NCBI RefSeq assembly: GCF_963676685.1
Contig: NC_092349.1
Location: 87,420,001-87,484,000 of the forward strand
Reading direction: 5' to 3'
DNA length: 64,000 bases
Source of the DNA: Mytilus edulis
Taxonomy: Eukaryota
This document shows positions 26,401 through 36,883 of this stretch, one piece after another. Positions within the stretch are counted from its first letter, which is position 1, and each line of letters opens with the position of its first letter. The position numbers and the translations under genes are program-made. The notes under the pieces are model-generated. The model was not told the DNA's origin. It did no database searches and saw only the letters and a list, made by a program, of their open reading frames with translations.

Positions 26401-29400
26401 ACATACATTAATATTTTGCTTAAAGTAATATATTGGGTAGACATTTCGTTTTTCATGATTCTGGAAAGTTGCTGGAAACTTCATTCAGGAAAATATGTTA
26501 ATTTCAATCAAATGCTTAATAGATAGTCACATTCAGTTATCACTGTAAATATTTAATAGACATATTCTTCGCTTTCTTTCAAAGGAAATTTTAAGAAATA
26601 TAGAAGTATTTGCTAGATAATGTTCACGTTTAGAAAGCAGTTTTCTACCCTTGCCCGGTATCTGTATTATTTAATCTGCGTCAATTTACAACGAATTCTG
26701 TCCAAAGCGGTCATATGACCCGTTTTAAATATGAACTCGGTCGTGTGCCTCTCGAATAAAAAAAAAAAAACCGTTGTGTATAGTTGGATCATCTCTTTTT
26801 CTTTTCGATGAATAAAACCTTAGACAGCAACCAACTTTCACATTTGCTAGACATGTCCCCGTTTTAATACTGTGGTCATTCTTTATCGGTAGGATATTGT
26901 ATGAATTCAATACTTTTATCAGTATTGATTCAGTAGGTATGATTATCAATGAAATAGTGAAGATGTCATTTAACGAGCGCACAATTGGTTATAGTTCAAA
27001 ATTAGAAAATTGGCTCTTATACATATTTTACTGTTTTTTTTTAACATTGCGGCTTTCAGAAGTAGATATAGGTATACAGCGATTCTTCAAGACAACTTGA
27101 CTCATGTATTCAATATTTTATGATTAGGTTTTTTTCATATATTTCTTATCCCAGGCATAGATTACCGTAGCTGTATTTGGCACAACCTTATTTTGAATTT
27201 TGGATAATCAACTTTATACTTGTTTGACTTTTTACCTTTTTTGATCGGAGCGACACTGATAATTATTATGTAGACGAAACTCGCGTCTGGCGTATTTAAT
27301 AAACTCATCATAGATACCAGGATTATTTGTTTTTATGTTTATTCAAATTATACACCTTTGATAACTCATTAATCGATATTGTTTCTTAATTTACAAATGA
27401 AATTTTCGGGTATTTTTTTTATTTCCACCGTTCAAGTGTGAAATTCGTTTATTTCCTCCCCCATTTACACTTTTGAGGCACAGAACTAGCGTAATGTATA
27501 ACATCTACAACAAAATTCAGAAAAAGGCAGAATAAGTTGCTGCCTTTAACTTGCAATATGAGTTTTTAAGCAACGGGGTAAAGGTTTCTTCCTGACAGTG
27601 TTAAAAATCCAACAAATAGTTGTTTATAAGATTTTGGAACGGTTATGACCCAAGATCATTACCTTTTATAGTTGCTTGACCTGTCCCTGTAAAAATCCAA
27701 GGTATTTTGTTTGTCAACTGTTTATAGTATAACTTCATGCATTTTATCATTATTGTTTATTTAGGTCATTATCAATGAAAATAGTAAAGATGTCAACGAC
27801 CTGGAAATTAAGATACAGATTTGTTAGTCTCCTTTCCTGTCCATAAGATGATTCATCCGTTTTCGTGCTTGCTGAACACTTAATAAGAATTATAGGACAA
27901 ATTAAAAAGAAAACAAACAGAGATTACCAGTTTGACATTCATTATTCGAATCATAACTGATACAGTTAATTATAGATTTACAATATAAAAAAGAAGATAT
28001 GGTATGATTGCCAATGAGACAACTGTTCACAAGAGACCAAACAGACATTAACAACTATAGGTCACCGCAACAAGAAATTTCCAAAGTGCAATTGTTGTAT
28101 AACATTTAGAATATTAATCAAATGGTTTAAACATTCGTCAAACATGAAGTTTGTTTTTTGATATTTTCTAAATGAAATTTCAAATATGATAAAACTAATT
28201 CAGCCTCTTTTTACATGTGATTATTATTTATTTTTTTACAGAAACAAACGTTCCTATATAAAATGTTTACCCTACTGAGAAATATAGATTCCATAACTGC
28301 AACAAGTGTTTTACGATATTTCTCCACTCGAGACAGTTAAATTTTAATATTTAAAGCGCGAGGCTTGCCGAGCTTTTTAAGTAATTAAAATCTAACTGTT
28401 GAGAGTGGAGAAATATCGTAATACACGAGTTACAGTGGTGGAATCTGTTTCTCTTATGCCTTTTATCCTTCCTTTTCAAAGATTTGAGGAAAGTTGTGTA
28501 CTTTTGATGTGACGTCATCAGTCATGGTCGCCTTTTTTCATGACGTCACAATTAGAAAATTCAGAAGAAAACTAGAAAATTTAACGTCACAATCAAATTT
28601 CAACCAATCATTAGCCGAGAACAGATTTTTCACTGGTGAGGAGAAATATATTTCTCACACCGGTCAGGAAATGTTAAAGTAGCACAAATATTAGAGAATA
28701 CATTATATTCTGCGGTTATTGTCTAATTAGAAAAACTTAACAACACAAACACACATTGAAATAAAATTGAAATCTACATATTGTCTTCATCAAAGAAGAG
28801 GTATACATAATAAAGGCGACGGAAATAAACATAAAAAAATCAATGATTACGGCCAACGATCAAAACAAAACCAGACAATAACAATGCCTAAATGACAAAA
28901 ACGGGAGAAAGAAAAATTAAGTGAAGACAACCGCTGACGAGCGCCAAGACTTGCGGCAAGGAAAATGATTATATGGTGATGTTAAAATCTGTTGGTCTTT
29001 GCTTAATCTTCCCTACTCCTTAAATATTGGTCAATTGCTGAAGAAAATGTACAACTTAAATGACAATTCAGAAATATTTCTAAACGCTTTGGAACCGATA
29101 ATATGATATCAAGACTTTACGATATTTGTTAAATATAAGTTAAGTAACACAACATCAGTTAAACAATTTCTTATTACTTAATAGCCTTGTCAATATTATT
29201 ATTTAATGCCCATGTGACACCATGTATGTATGTTTCACCTTCAATCAATTACCACCTGCATTAATAACTTTGGTTAATTTCACGTTTAAAGAATAGGTTG
29301 ATCATTACCAATACTGACTTCAGAGTTGAAATATACATATACCTTTTACGTTCACTTCTTGTAATACTTTCTTGTCAGGGAAATTAGAATAATCTATTTT

Positions 29401-32400
29401 GGAAGCAATATGTAGAACAATATCGGTCCCACGACATGCCTCGTTGACTAACTTGTTATCCGTTATACTTCCAGAATATATACGCAATGGTTTGCTTGAC
29501 TGGAAGTCTGAAAAAATCAATAAAAGTAACAAACAAATAAGTAATAAACGAAACAGAATAAGAACAATATTTTGAATGCAAAATACATTAACGCTTTTTT
29601 CCTGAAGGTGATACAGAAAATGCGCTTGGGGATGGCCCTTATAGAGTTGGCCCTTTTAAGGTGGTACCTAACACTACAGGGAGATAACTCTGTAAAATCA
29701 GCTAAACGTTTTAATTACGTTGTGTTGTTAAGGGAATATTAAACTTCTCAATGATCAAAATAAGTGTTTGTCAAACTGCTATATAACCAGTGTAATTTTT
29801 CTGATAAAACGGTTGGTTCAAATTTTTTGAAATTTTTATATCTTTGTCAAAGGGTCAAAGTAAATACTTTGTCAAAATTTTAAGAAAATTAAACGAGCCA
29901 AATTAATTTTAGTTAAAGTGTTGGGTACCACTTTAATGAGTAGACGTTTGTCTAATCCTTTAATGAGTAGACGTTTGTCTAATCCTTTAATGAGTATACG
30001 TTTGTCTAATCCTTTCCTTGGGAATGGTGTAATGGTAGAGTTGGCCCTTTTAATGAGTAGACGTTTGTCTAATCCTTTAATGATGTTATGATATTGTAAT
30101 TATTATGTTTATTTATGTTGGCCTAATTTGTGTTGTATGGCCTGATAGTTGTTTACCAAATAATCTTATAACTGTGCAGTTTAGGAATCACTGGAACAAT
30201 CACAGAATGATTGGAACTTTCTAGAATGATCCTTATAAAAGATGCGTAATTTAAACTTCTACGTTATTCCAGAAACTTCCGTTGTAACTTTCCAGGATTT
30301 TCCACAATGTTCCATTATAGAGTGTTCTAGAATTTTCCATGACAACACTATATATACAGACACTAAAGTTAAACTCTCATAATTAAACTTGGACATAGAC
30401 ATTGATAGACATTAGTATTCACAGCATTTGGATTGACACTTTTATTCTACAAACAACATCATACTGGATTGTGACATTAGTAGTGAACGTAATATTCAAA
30501 TTGGATTCCGAAAGATTTCCGGATACAGATAAAGATAACTGATTGGACTCATATTTTGACAGTTAAGTTAACAGTAATATTTGTGTAATACCTTTTGTAA
30601 ACTTTTGTATATTAAATATTGTTAAATTTTATTATTGATTTGTGTCTTTTGTTGGCTACAATTTAAAGGCGAATTCTGTCCGTAACAGAAATTGGGGGCT
30701 CGTCCTGGGATCTTAAAAATATTTTATTCAAAATTTGTTTAGTATTTGTAGTATAACTAGCCAACAAAATTCTACAAAATGGCATTTGATGCTGGTAAAT
30801 TTTTGAAAACGCCAGACCTGGAGAGTTTTGATAATTTAAAGAAAGAGGAATTAGTGTTGCTTGCTAAACAACTGAAATTAGTTTTTAAAGTATCTATGAG
30901 AAAACAAGTTATAAAAAATTTGGTTATAGACAAATTAGTTGAATCAGAAATTTTAGGTGAAGAGGCTCTTGATCTTAAGGTCGAAAATGTTGACGCCTTT
31001 AAATTAAAACAGCTTGAATTAGAACATACACTTAAATTAAAAGAACTTGAAATGAGGGAAAGGCTAGAGATGGAAAAAATGAAAATTGAAATTGGCAAAG
31101 AGGAAAATAACACTAAAGTCCAGTCGAAATCAGATTATTTTGATGCAGCAAAAAATATACGTTTGGTTCCGAAATTTTGTGAAAAAACAGTTGATAAATA
31201 TTTTCCACAGTTTGAGAAAATTGCAAATAATTTGAAATGGCCGAAATTATATTGGACTACGATGCTGCAAAGTGTTTTTGAGGGTAAGGCCGCTGAAATT
31301 TATTCCGCACTTCCATCAGAAAAAAGTTCTGATTATGATATGGTAAAACAGGAAGTTTTGAAAGCTTATGAACTAGTACCAGAAGCATATAGACAGAAAT
31401 TTAGATCTTATAAAAAGTTTGATTCACAAACATATGTGGAATTTGCTCGGGAAAAAGAAGATCTATTTGATAAATGGCTTACGTCAAAGAAAACAGATAA
31501 CAATTTTGATAACCTAAGACAATTGATGTTATTAGAAGAGTTCAAACAATGTGTTCATTTAGACTTAAAAACACATTTAGACGACAAAACTGTTGAGTCA
31601 ATACATGATGCAGCTGTTATTTCAGATAATTATACTCTTTCACATAAAAGAAGTTTCAAGGGTCAAAATGTTAATACTTCCAGTGGAAATTACAAAAATC
31701 AAAGTACTGAGCATACTGATAGTAAGCCTGTTCCACAGAATAAGAGTCAGTCCAGTTATAATATGTCTAGTCCAAAATTTGATACTTTTGAGAAGAAGTC
31801 ACTGACTTGTGCTTATTGTAAGAAGATTGGTCACCTGATGGCTGATTGTTTTAGACTCCAGCAGAAGAATGAACGAGATAATAAGCCGAAGACCAGTGCT
31901 TGTACGACACCTTATATTACCAGTACATTGGAATGCCCTGCGCGTCAGGCTTTTAAGTCCAGTTTTTGTGATTACATGGAGGAATACAAACCCTTTATGT
32001 CTGATGGGTTTGTTTCTATTGTTGATGATACCACTCTTCAGCCTATTAAGATTTTACGGGACACTGGAGCTTCTCAGACTTTATTGTTAGAAGGTGTGTT
32101 GCCTTTGTCCGAGAATACTTCTGTTGGTGCCTCCGTTTTGTTACAAGGTGTAGAGTTAGGTTGTATAGATGTTCCTCTCCATCGTATTTATCTGAAGTCA
32201 GATTTGATAACTGGACCAGTTGTTGTAGGTGTTCGTCCTAATCTCCCTGTTGAGGGTGTTACCTTATTGCTAGGAAATGATCTAGCTAGGAACAAAGTGG
32301 TTGCTGAACCAATTGTTACCAGTGAACCGGTGGTGGATGTTAAATCACCTGAAGATGATGCTGAATTGTATCCAGCTTGTGTTGTTACTAGGGCGATGGC

Positions 32401-35400
32401 TAGAAAACAACAAAATGAGAATTTGCAAGAAGACAAGTTTGATTACATGGACCTTTCTGACACTTTTATAGCTGATATTGAAGATCCTGGTAACTCAGAA
32501 AAGGCTATTATAAAACCACCTAGTGTTAACAAAAATGTTATTATGCCATGGCCAGATGTAAACAGCCATTCATGAGACCGAAATAATTTACTCGAAGAAC
32601 AACATAAAGACCCTGAGGTTCTTCAGCTCAGCCAGAGGGCTCAACCACAGGAGGAAGCAGACAAAGTGGCCGAATGCTATTACCATCAGGACAGTATTTT
32701 AATGAGGAAGTGGAGGCCTCCTGATGCTACCCCAGAGGAGGAATGGAGAGTGCTATACCAAGTGGTGGTGCCTAAAGTTTATAGACAAGAAATTATTGGT
32801 CTTGCCCATGACACCCCCTTGGCTGGACACTTAGGTATAAGGAAGACTTGCCTTAAGATCTTGCAGCATTTTTACTGGCCTAAACTTAGAAATGATGTTG
32901 CAGAATACTGCAAATCATGTCATATATGCCAGGTTGTTGGTAAACCTAACCAGAAAATACCACCAGCACCACTTCTGCCTATTCCAGCCTTTGACGAACC
33001 TTTCAGCAGAGTTCTAATTGACTGTGTTGGACCTTTACCAAAGACCAAGACTGGAAATGCATATTTATTGACAATCATGTGTACATCTACCCGCTTTCCT
33101 GAAGCTATTCCGCTCAGAAATATCAAGACACCTACTATCGTCAAAGCTTTGATCAAATTTTTCACATTAGTAGGACTTCCTCAGTCTATACAGTCCGACC
33201 AGGGATCAAATTTCATGTCAGGTTTATTTCAGCAAGTCGTATACCAGTTAGGGATTGCTCAGTACAGATCAAGTGCTTATCATCCAGAATCTCAAGGTGC
33301 CTTAGAACGTTTTCATCAAACATTGAAGAACATGATTAGAACTTTTTGTCTTCAATTTGACAGAGACTGGGATGATGGAGTTCACTTTCTACTTTTTGCG
33401 GTTCGAGAGGCTGTTCAAGAATCCCTTGGATTTAGTCCCTTTGAGTTGGTATTTGGTCATACTGTAAGGGGACCGTTAAATTGATTAAGGAAAAGTGGCT
33501 TACTGAACATACTGACTTGAATCTTTTAGACTATGTATCTAGATTTAAAGAAAAATTGTATACTGCTTGTCAAATTGCTCAGAAAAATTTAAAAAATGTA
33601 CAGAACAAGATGAAAATATGGTATGATAAAGATGCCAGGGACAGAGTTTTTGAGCCTGGTGATAGCGTACTTGTATTTCTGCCTGTCCCTGGACATCCTT
33701 TACAGGCTAAATATTGTGGTCCTTATACAATAGAGAGTAAAATTAATGATTTGAATTATATTGTAAAAACTCCAGGTCGGCGCAAACAAAATAGAGTGTG
33801 TCATATTAATATGTTAAAACCATATTTTGAGCGTACTAATGAATTTGAGAGTAAACCAGTTGCCACTTTAGGCATGGTTAAATTTGAGAACAATCATGAC
33901 AAACCAGATGTAATTGAACCACCTTTTAGTTCTAAAACTATGGAAGAGACAGTTAGATTGAAAAATTCTGAAATTTTATCAAATTTAGACTCAAAACTTG
34001 CACATCTGTCTTTTGATCGTAGAGAAGAAATAAAAACTTTGGTATTTTCTTTTAAAAATCTTTTTCCAGATGTGCCAAACAAAACCACTGCTGTTTGTCA
34101 TGATGTTGATGTAGGAGATGCTTCTCCAATTAAGCAACATCCTTATCGGCTTAATCCACTCAAACTTGAAGCTATGAGAAAAGAAATTAAATATATGCTT
34201 GACAATGATATTATTGAGCCGAGTAACAGTGAATGGAGCTCTCCTTGTCTCCTTGTGCCAAAACCAGATAAAACCTTTCGTTTCGTGACTGATTTCAGAA
34301 AAGTAAATTCAGTCTCAAAATCTGATTGCTATCCGATTCCAAGGATAGACGATTGTATTGACAACATTGGTCAAGCAAAATTTGTAAGCAAATTTGATTT
34401 GTTGAAAGGTTATTGGCAAGTTCCACTGACACAGAGAGCTCGTGAAATATCAGCTTTTGTTACACCAGATGGCTTATTTCAATATACTGTAATGCCATTT
34501 GGCATGAAAAGTGCTCCAGCTACATTTCAAAGAATGATCAATAATGTTATAAAAGATTTAGACTGTTGTTATGCTTATATTGATGATCTTATTGTATGTA
34601 GTGATAGCTGGGAACAGCATTTAACACATTTGTATGATACTTTTGATAGATTGTCACATTCAAATTTGACTGTTAATCTTGGTAAAAGTGAATTTTGTCA
34701 GGCCACTGTTGATTATTTAGGGGATACAGTTGGCCAAGGTCAAGTAAAACCTATTATGGCTAAAGTGGAAGCTATTTCCAAATTTCCACCTCCTACAAAT
34801 AGAAAACAACTTATGAGATATTTAGGCATGATAGGATTTTACAGGAAATTCTGTTCAAATTTTGCTACTGTTGTTCAACCATTGACTCATCTTTTACGAA
34901 AAGATTCTAAATTTATCTGGAGTGAAAATTGTCAAAAAGCTTTTGAAAATAGCAAATCACTTTTAATTAATAGTCCAGTTCTGATTACTCCAGACTTTGA
35001 AAAACAATTTAAACTTGCCGTTGATGCAAGCGATGTAGGAATAGGAGCTGTTTTATATCAAGAGACAGATGATAATGTTGAAAAACCTATATCATATTTT
35101 TCTAAGAAATTAGATAAACATCAGAAAAATTATTCAACTATTGAAAAAGAGTGTTTTGCAATGTTGTCAGCACTTCAACATTTTGATGTATATTTGAATC
35201 CCACTGTATATCCTATTCTTGTTTATACTGATCATAATCCTCTCACCTTCATGCATAAAATGAGAAACAAGAATCAGAGGTTGACTAGGTGGAGTTTATT
35301 GTTACAGGAATATGATGTAATTGTAAAACATATTAAGGGTAAAGATAATGTAATAGCTGATGCTTTATCTAGAGCTTATTAAATCACTTTGTATATATTA

Positions 35401-36883
35401 TGTATTTTTGTTCAGATTATTCATGATAAGTTTTTGTTACACTAAAACTTCTTTTAAGGGGGGAGGTGTTATGATATTGTAATTATTATGTTTATTTATG
35501 TTGGCCTAATTTGTGTTGTATGGCCTGATAGTTGTTTACCAAATAATCTTATAACTGTGCAGTTTAGGAATCACTGGAACAATCACAGAATGATTGGAAC
35601 TTTCTAGAATGATCCTTATAAAAGATGCGTAATTTAAACTTCTACGTTATTCCAGAAACTTCCGTTGTAACTTTCCAGGATTTTCCACAATGTTCCATTA
35701 TAGAGTGTTCTAGAATTTTCCATGACAACACTATATATACAGACACTAAAGTTAAACTCTCATAATTAAACTTGGACATAGACATTGATAGACATTAGTA
35801 TTCACAGCATTTGGATTGACATTATTATTCTACAAACAACATCATACTGGATTGTGACATTAGTAGTGAACGTAATATTCAAATTGGATTCCGAAAGATT
35901 TCCGGATACAGATAAAGATAACTGATTGGACTCATATTTTGACAGTTAAGTTAACAGTAATATTTGTGTAATACCTTTTGTAAACTTTTGTATATTAAAT
36001 ATTGTTAAATTTTATTATTGATTTGTGTCTTTTGTTGGCTACAATTTAAAGGCGATTTCTGGCCGTAACAATGAGTAGACGTTTGTCTAATCCTTTAATG
36101 AGTATACGTTTGTCTAATCCTTTAATGAGTAGACGTTTGTCTAATCCTTTAATGAGTAGACGTTTGTCTAATCCTTTAATGAGTTATACGTTTGTCTAAT
36201 CCTTTAATGAGTATACGTTTGTCTAATCCTTTAATGAGTATACGTTTGTCTAATCCTTTCGGTCAAGTTTTCCTTTTCATGGTTGTCTAATGTTAAGAAG
36301 CTGTTGGACTTTTAAAGTTTCTAGTTTAAGATTTAAGTTAAGACCTAAACATATCATGTGAATCCTAATCAATCTTTATACACATATATTGAAACCAGGT
36401 ATAATCGATATTAAAGAAGAGGGAAGAAAGATACCAGAGGGACAGTCAAACTCATAAATCGAAAATAAACTGACAACGCCATGATATGAATCGTCCTTAT
36501 TTTATATCTTTTAGTACATGAATGCTAATTTTGTAGAGTGTAAAAGAGGCGAAAGATATTGAAAAGACATTCAAAAGTTTTCAAGCGTAAGAATTGTATT
36601 TTACTATATAGGACATGCAAACTATATAGCCTGTGTAAGATAAATGTACTAGTCACATTAGAACTCAAAAGGATAAAAGAACAGGATACTATATTTGAAA
36701 AAAATACACAATAGGCAAAATTTATAAATATTTTGTAAGTCACCTACCTAGTTTTTGTTCGTACGGCACCATATCCAATACCCGAATTTCACGAACATTT
36801 TCTGCATATATCTGCAAGTGTTTTACAACATGTTGACCAAGGAATCCACTTCCCCCTGTTACCAAGACAACAAATTTCTTCAT
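23474..36883 (-). CDS. 3-beta-hydroxysteroid dehydrogenase/isomerase-family extended SDR, 356 aa; exons 36883-36748, 29507-29343, 26327-26112, 24027-23474
   Basis: Rossmann motif VLVTGGSGFLG, VLHIAS, EVNVKGT, catalytic YAKTK (YxxxK), YVGNVA, a C-terminal hydrophobic segment and KARRLLGY. Exon lengths 136+165+216+554=1071 nt in frame with GT-AG introns. Confidence 0.9.
24541..25400 (-). mobile_element. Dispersed repeat (family 2, TAAAGGCAACAGTAGTATAC end) with a degenerate hammerhead at ~25108-25154
   Basis: Shorter copies lie at ~3010-3287, 3447-3665, 5970-6045, 11303-11400, 21180 and 37225-37307. Confidence 0.65.
27248..27294 (+). ncRNA. Degenerate hammerhead ribozyme in a dispersed repeat
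   Basis: GAGCGACA CTGATAA ...TAGAC GAAAC TCGC GTC TGGCGTA; the core and stem II are damaged. Confidence 0.45.
28285..28700 (+). mobile_element. Non-autonomous element with a long internal hairpin (class uncertain)
   Basis: Arms TTACGATATTTCTCCACTC / GAGTGGAGAAATATCGTAA around GCGAGGCTTGCCGAGC. Absent in the paralog at ~57115. A related inverted copy lies at ~62740-63180. Confidence 0.65.
29660..29932. mobile_element. MITE with TTAA target duplication (Kolobok/piggyBac-type)
   Basis: TIRs GGTGGTACCTAACACT / AGTGTTGGGTACCACT, with TTAA at 29656-29659 and 29933-29936. Absent from the paralog at ~59412. Confidence 0.8.
29936..30083 (+). repeat. 27-bp minisatellite, left part
   Basis: Unit ATGAGTAGACGTTTGTCTAATCCTTTA, about 4 copies with one interruption. 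Confidence 0.85.
30084..30687 (+). repeat. 5' LTR
   Basis: TGTTATG...GTAACA; near-identical to 35467-36070. Confidence 0.95.
30693..30705 (+). promoter_or_regulatory. Primer-binding site complementary to tRNA-Pro
   Basis: TGGGGGCTCGTCC lies 5 nt after the 5' LTR and matches the start of the known tRNA-Pro PBS (TGGGGGCTCGTCCGGGAT). Confidence 0.8.
30779..32575 (+). CDS. gag: Retrotransposon Gag (SCAN-like capsid region, CCHC knuckle) and aspartic protease; ends at a premature TGA
   Basis: LKAYELVPEAYRQKFR, CAYCKKIGHLMADC and LRDTGA motifs. The same frame resumes after the stop. Confidence 0.88.
   Translation: MAFDAGKFLKTPDLESFDNLKKEELVLLAKQLKLVFKVSMRKQVIKNLVIDKLVESEILGEEALDLKVENVDAFKLKQLELEHTLKLKELEMRERLEMEKMKIEIGKEENNTKVQSKSDYFDAAKNIRLVPKFCEKTVDKYFPQFEKIANNLKWPKLYWTTMLQSVFEGKAAEIYSALPSEKSSDYDMVKQEVLKAYELVPEAYRQKFRSYKKFDSQTYVEFAREKEDLFDKWLTSKKTDNNFDNLRQLMLLEEFKQCVHLDLKTHLDDKTVESIHDAAVISDNYTLSHKRSFKGQNVNTSSGNYKNQSTEHTDSKPVPQNKSQSSYNMSSPKFDTFEKKSLTCAYCKKIGHLMADCFRLQQKNERDNKPKTSACTTPYITSTLECPARQAFKSSFCDYMEEYKPFMSDGFVSIVDDTTLQPIKILRDTGASQTLLLEGVLPLSENTSVGASVLLQGVELGCIDVPLHRIYLKSDLITGPVVVGVRPNLPVEGVTLLLGNDLARNKVVAEPIVTSEPVVDVKSPEDDAELYPACVVTRAMARKQQNENLQEDKFDYMDLSDTFIADIEDPGNSEKAIIKPPSVNKNVIMPWPDVNSHS
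32666..33484 (+). CDS. pol: Retrotransposon integrase (HHCC and DDE core)
   Basis: AHDTPLAGHLG...CKSCHIC, IDCVGPLP, SDQGSNF and ERFHQTLK motifs. Frameshift at ~33478-33480. Confidence 0.88.
   Translation: MAECYYHQDSILMRKWRPPDATPEEEWRVLYQVVVPKVYRQEIIGLAHDTPLAGHLGIRKTCLKILQHFYWPKLRNDVAEYCKSCHICQVVGKPNQKIPPAPLLPIPAFDEPFSRVLIDCVGPLPKTKTGNAYLLTIMCTSTRFPEAIPLRNIKTPTIVKALIKFFTLVGLPQSIQSDQGSNFMSGLFQQVVYQLGIAQYRSSAYHPESQGALERFHQTLKNMIRTFCLQFDRDWDDGVHFLLFAVREAVQESLGFSPFELVFGHTVRGPLN
33481..35382 (+). CDS. pol: Integrase C-terminus, reverse transcriptase and RNase H
   Basis: GPY motif (YCGPY), DFRKVN, MPFGMKSAPATFQR, YAYIDD, VDASDVGIGAVL, TDHNPL and ADALSR motifs. Confidence 0.9.
   Translation: MIKEKWLTEHTDLNLLDYVSRFKEKLYTACQIAQKNLKNVQNKMKIWYDKDARDRVFEPGDSVLVFLPVPGHPLQAKYCGPYTIESKINDLNYIVKTPGRRKQNRVCHINMLKPYFERTNEFESKPVATLGMVKFENNHDKPDVIEPPFSSKTMEETVRLKNSEILSNLDSKLAHLSFDRREEIKTLVFSFKNLFPDVPNKTTAVCHDVDVGDASPIKQHPYRLNPLKLEAMRKEIKYMLDNDIIEPSNSEWSSPCLLVPKPDKTFRFVTDFRKVNSVSKSDCYPIPRIDDCIDNIGQAKFVSKFDLLKGYWQVPLTQRAREISAFVTPDGLFQYTVMPFGMKSAPATFQRMINNVIKDLDCCYAYIDDLIVCSDSWEQHLTHLYDTFDRLSHSNLTVNLGKSEFCQATVDYLGDTVGQGQVKPIMAKVEAISKFPPPTNRKQLMRYLGMIGFYRKFCSNFATVVQPLTHLLRKDSKFIWSENCQKAFENSKSLLINSPVLITPDFEKQFKLAVDASDVGIGAVLYQETDDNVEKPISYFSKKLDKHQKNYSTIEKECFAMLSALQHFDVYLNPTVYPILVYTDHNPLTFMHKMRNKNQRLTRWSLLLQEYDVIVKHIKGKDNVIADALSRAY
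35467..36070 (+). repeat. 3' LTR
   Basis: Preceded by the polypurine tract AAGGGGGGAGG at 35456-35466. Confidence 0.95.
36071..36259 (+). repeat. 27-bp minisatellite, right part
   Basis: About 7 copies of the same unit, split from the left part by the LTR element. Confidence 0.9.

Larger units (their letters stand above)
30084..36070 (+). mobile_element. Full-length Ty3/gypsy LTR retrotransposon, Gmr1-like (gag-PR-IN-RT-RH)
   Basis: 604-bp LTRs with TG...CA ends, 4-bp TSD ATGA (30080-30083 and 36071-36074), PBS and PPT present, and an internal polyprotein. Confidence 0.95.

Noticed and set aside
26897-27100. Similar short ORFs at 26897 and 54739
   Set aside because: They are paralogous intron sequence from the duplication and the frames diverge.
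32573-33484. Programmed readthrough or frameshift in the LTR polyprotein
   Set aside because: The stop lies after the protease and the shift falls inside the integrase with no slippery heptamer. Mutation or sequencing error is the simpler explanation.
29936-36259. 27-bp repeats resembling a CRISPR array
   Set aside because: Head-to-tail units with no unique spacers, no cas genes, and a eukaryotic context.
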